Source: Gammaproteobacteria bacterium (lineage in GTDB: Bacteria > Pseudomonadota > Gammaproteobacteria > Natronospirales > REEB76). From it: a DNA stretch of 64,000 nt. Positions 62,900 to 64,000 of this stretch are shown piece by piece (position 1 is the first letter of the stretch; each line of letters opens with the position of its first letter). A model generated the notes under the pieces. It worked only from the letters and a program-made list of their open reading frames with translations, did not search any database and was not told where the DNA came from. The stretch spans positions 47,287 to 111,286 of the forward strand of contig DASVOS010000009.1 in assembly GCA_036383255.1 (NCBI GenBank), in the 5' to 3' direction. A program made the position numbers and the translations under genes.

Positions 62900-64000
62900 A
62901 TGACGATGACGACTGCCGGCAAGCGGACTGCACTCTTCCTCCTGGTGGCCACGGCGATGGCCAGCTGCGGCAAGGCCCCTGCCCCCGCCCCGGCGGCCGT
63001 GACCACGGCGGCGCCCGCCGCCAAGCCGGCGCCCTCCTACGCCGCCCAACACCTGGACGACTACGCGCGCGTGCAGCTCACCGCAGACCTCTCCGGCTTC
63101 GATGCCCAGCAGAAGCAGATGCTGCTCAAGCTCATCGAGGCGGGCGACGTGATGGACCGCATCTTCTGGCAGCAGACCTATGGCGACAAGGACACGCTGC
63201 TGGCCGGCATCAAGGATCCGGCCACCCGCACCCTGGTCGAGTACAACTACGGCCCCTGGGACCGCCTCAATGGCGATCATCCTTTCGTCGCCGGCGTCGG
63301 CAAGAAGCCGCTGGGCGCGAACTTCTATCCAGCGGACATGACCGAGGAGGAGTTCAAGCAGGCCAAGTTGCCGGGCAAGGACGGTCTCTACACGCTGCTG
63401 CGGCGCGATGCCAAGGGCGGGCTCATGGTGGTGCCGTACCACGAAGCCTACAAGGATGACCTGGCGCATGCCTCGGACCTCCTCAACCAGGCCTCAGCGC
63501 TCTCCTCAAATCCCGGCCTGCGCAAGTACCTCTCGCTGCGCGCCCAGTCGCTGCGCACCGACCAGTACCAGGAGAGCGACTTCGCCTGGCTGGACATGAA
63601 AGACAACGCGGTGGACACCATCATCGGGCCCATCGAGACCTACCAGGACGCCCTGTTCGGCTACAAGACCTCCTATGAGTGCTTCGTGCTGCTGAAGGAC
63701 ACGGAATGGTCCGCCAAGCTCGCGCGCTTCACCGCCCTGCTGCCGCAACTGCAGAAGGACCTGCCGGTGCCACCGAAGTACAAGCAGGAGAAGCCCGGCA
63801 GCGATTCCGACCTCGGCGCCTACAACGCGATCTATTACGCGGGCGATGCCAACACCGGCGCCAAGACCATTGCCGACAACCTGCCGAACGACGAGGAAGT
63901 GCAGCTCAAGAAGGGCACGCGCCGCCTGCAGATGGAGAACGTGATCCATGCCAAGTTCGACAAGATCATGGTGCCGATCGCCAAGGAGCTGATCGTGCCG
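62900..64000 (+). CDS. lipoprotein of the dipeptidyl-peptidase III-like (M49 / NUDT3 C-terminal-like) family, 3' end outside the window
   Basis: Not in the supplied track because it has no stop in the window. I translated it from the ATG at 62900 and the frame stays open to 64000 (367 codons). Lipobox ATAMASC. FWQQTYGD, EYNYGPWDRL and NLPNDEEVQLKKGTRRLQMENVIHAKF resemble the DPP3-like family. Confidence 0.55.
   Translation, partial: MTMTTAGKRTALFLLVATAMASCGKAPAPAPAAVTTAAPAAKPAPSYAAQHLDDYARVQLTADLSGFDAQQKQMLLKLIEAGDVMDRIFWQQTYGDKDTLLAGIKDPATRTLVEYNYGPWDRLNGDHPFVAGVGKKPLGANFYPADMTEEEFKQAKLPGKDGLYTLLRRDAKGGLMVVPYHEAYKDDLAHASDLLNQASALSSNPGLRKYLSLRAQSLRTDQYQESDFAWLDMKDNAVDTIIGPIETYQDALFGYKTSYECFVLLKDTEWSAKLARFTALLPQLQKDLPVPPKYKQEKPGSDSDLGAYNAIYYAGDANTGAKTIADNLPNDEEVQLKKGTRRLQMENVIHAKFDKIMVPIAKELIVP

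Noticed and set aside
62857-63459. A 200-aa plus-strand ORF, together with the minus-strand ORFs 62849-63469 and 63506-63949.
   Set aside because: A different plus frame, from the ATG at 62900, stays open to the window end. It encodes a lipoprotein signal and DPP3-like motifs. The listed ORFs are Arg/Gly/Pro-rich shadows of that gene.
1-64000. A search for CRISPR arrays, insertion sequences, integrases, phage genes, toxin-antitoxin pairs or defence-system hallmarks.
   Set aside because: I found no regularly spaced short direct repeats, and no transposase, integrase, nuclease-helicase or small paired ORF signatures in any frame. The only repeat array is the tRNA-derived one at 2350-2740. It has a 195-nt period and tRNA-derived content, not CRISPR geometry.

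Overview
This is a 64-kb, visibly GC-rich (roughly two-thirds G+C by eye, not computed) stretch of proteobacterial chromosome. The gene order looks gammaproteobacterial: pheT-ihfA-MerR-tRNA-Pro, and fabD-fabG-acpP-fabF-pabB-pabC-mltG-tmk-holB-pilZ. Genes are tightly packed and many junctions are ATGA/GTGA/TTGA start-stop overlaps.

Recognisable modules:
- A translationally coupled trehalose/osmotic unit, otsB-GH15-otsA-mscS.
- An NfeD/SPFH pair.
- A DUF3311 plus sodium:solute symporter pair, flanked by two large c-di-GMP enzymes.
- A type II secretion pseudopilin/assembly operon, gspG-H-I-J-K-L-M-N, with no gspC/D/E/F in the window. It lies divergent from a rhombosortase-like gene that overlaps the fabD start.
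- A FadB-like gene followed by a YciA-like thioesterase.
- An EEP phosphoesterase divergent from a ClsB-like phospholipase D.
- An S9 peptidase, DadA and a class-C beta-lactamase-fold hydrolase as neighbours.
- Two tandem HD-GYP paralogues.
- An envelope-stress cluster: DUF1328, ElaB/YqjD-like, YqjE-like, YqjK-like, two single-BON lipoproteins, and a convergent cfa.

I saw no rRNA, CRISPR array, transposase, integrase or phage gene, so this is mostly core genome.

The least ordinary features, in window order:
1. tRNA-Pro(GGG) is followed by a tandem array of copies of its own 3' end with split T-arms, resembling att scars.
2. The rhombosortase sits between the T2SS pseudopilin operon and the fab operon.
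3. Two intergenic palindromes share a GGTGATCACC core and bracket the elaB-like operon.
4. A roughly 600-bp non-coding gap with an AT-rich core separates cfa from a canonical PilZ receptor gene.
5. c-di-GMP genes are unusually dense: six in 64 kb.

Functional calls come from reading the supplied translations for family motifs. No database search was possible. I cannot point to one clear-cut undescribed system; the findings are leads graded accordingly.
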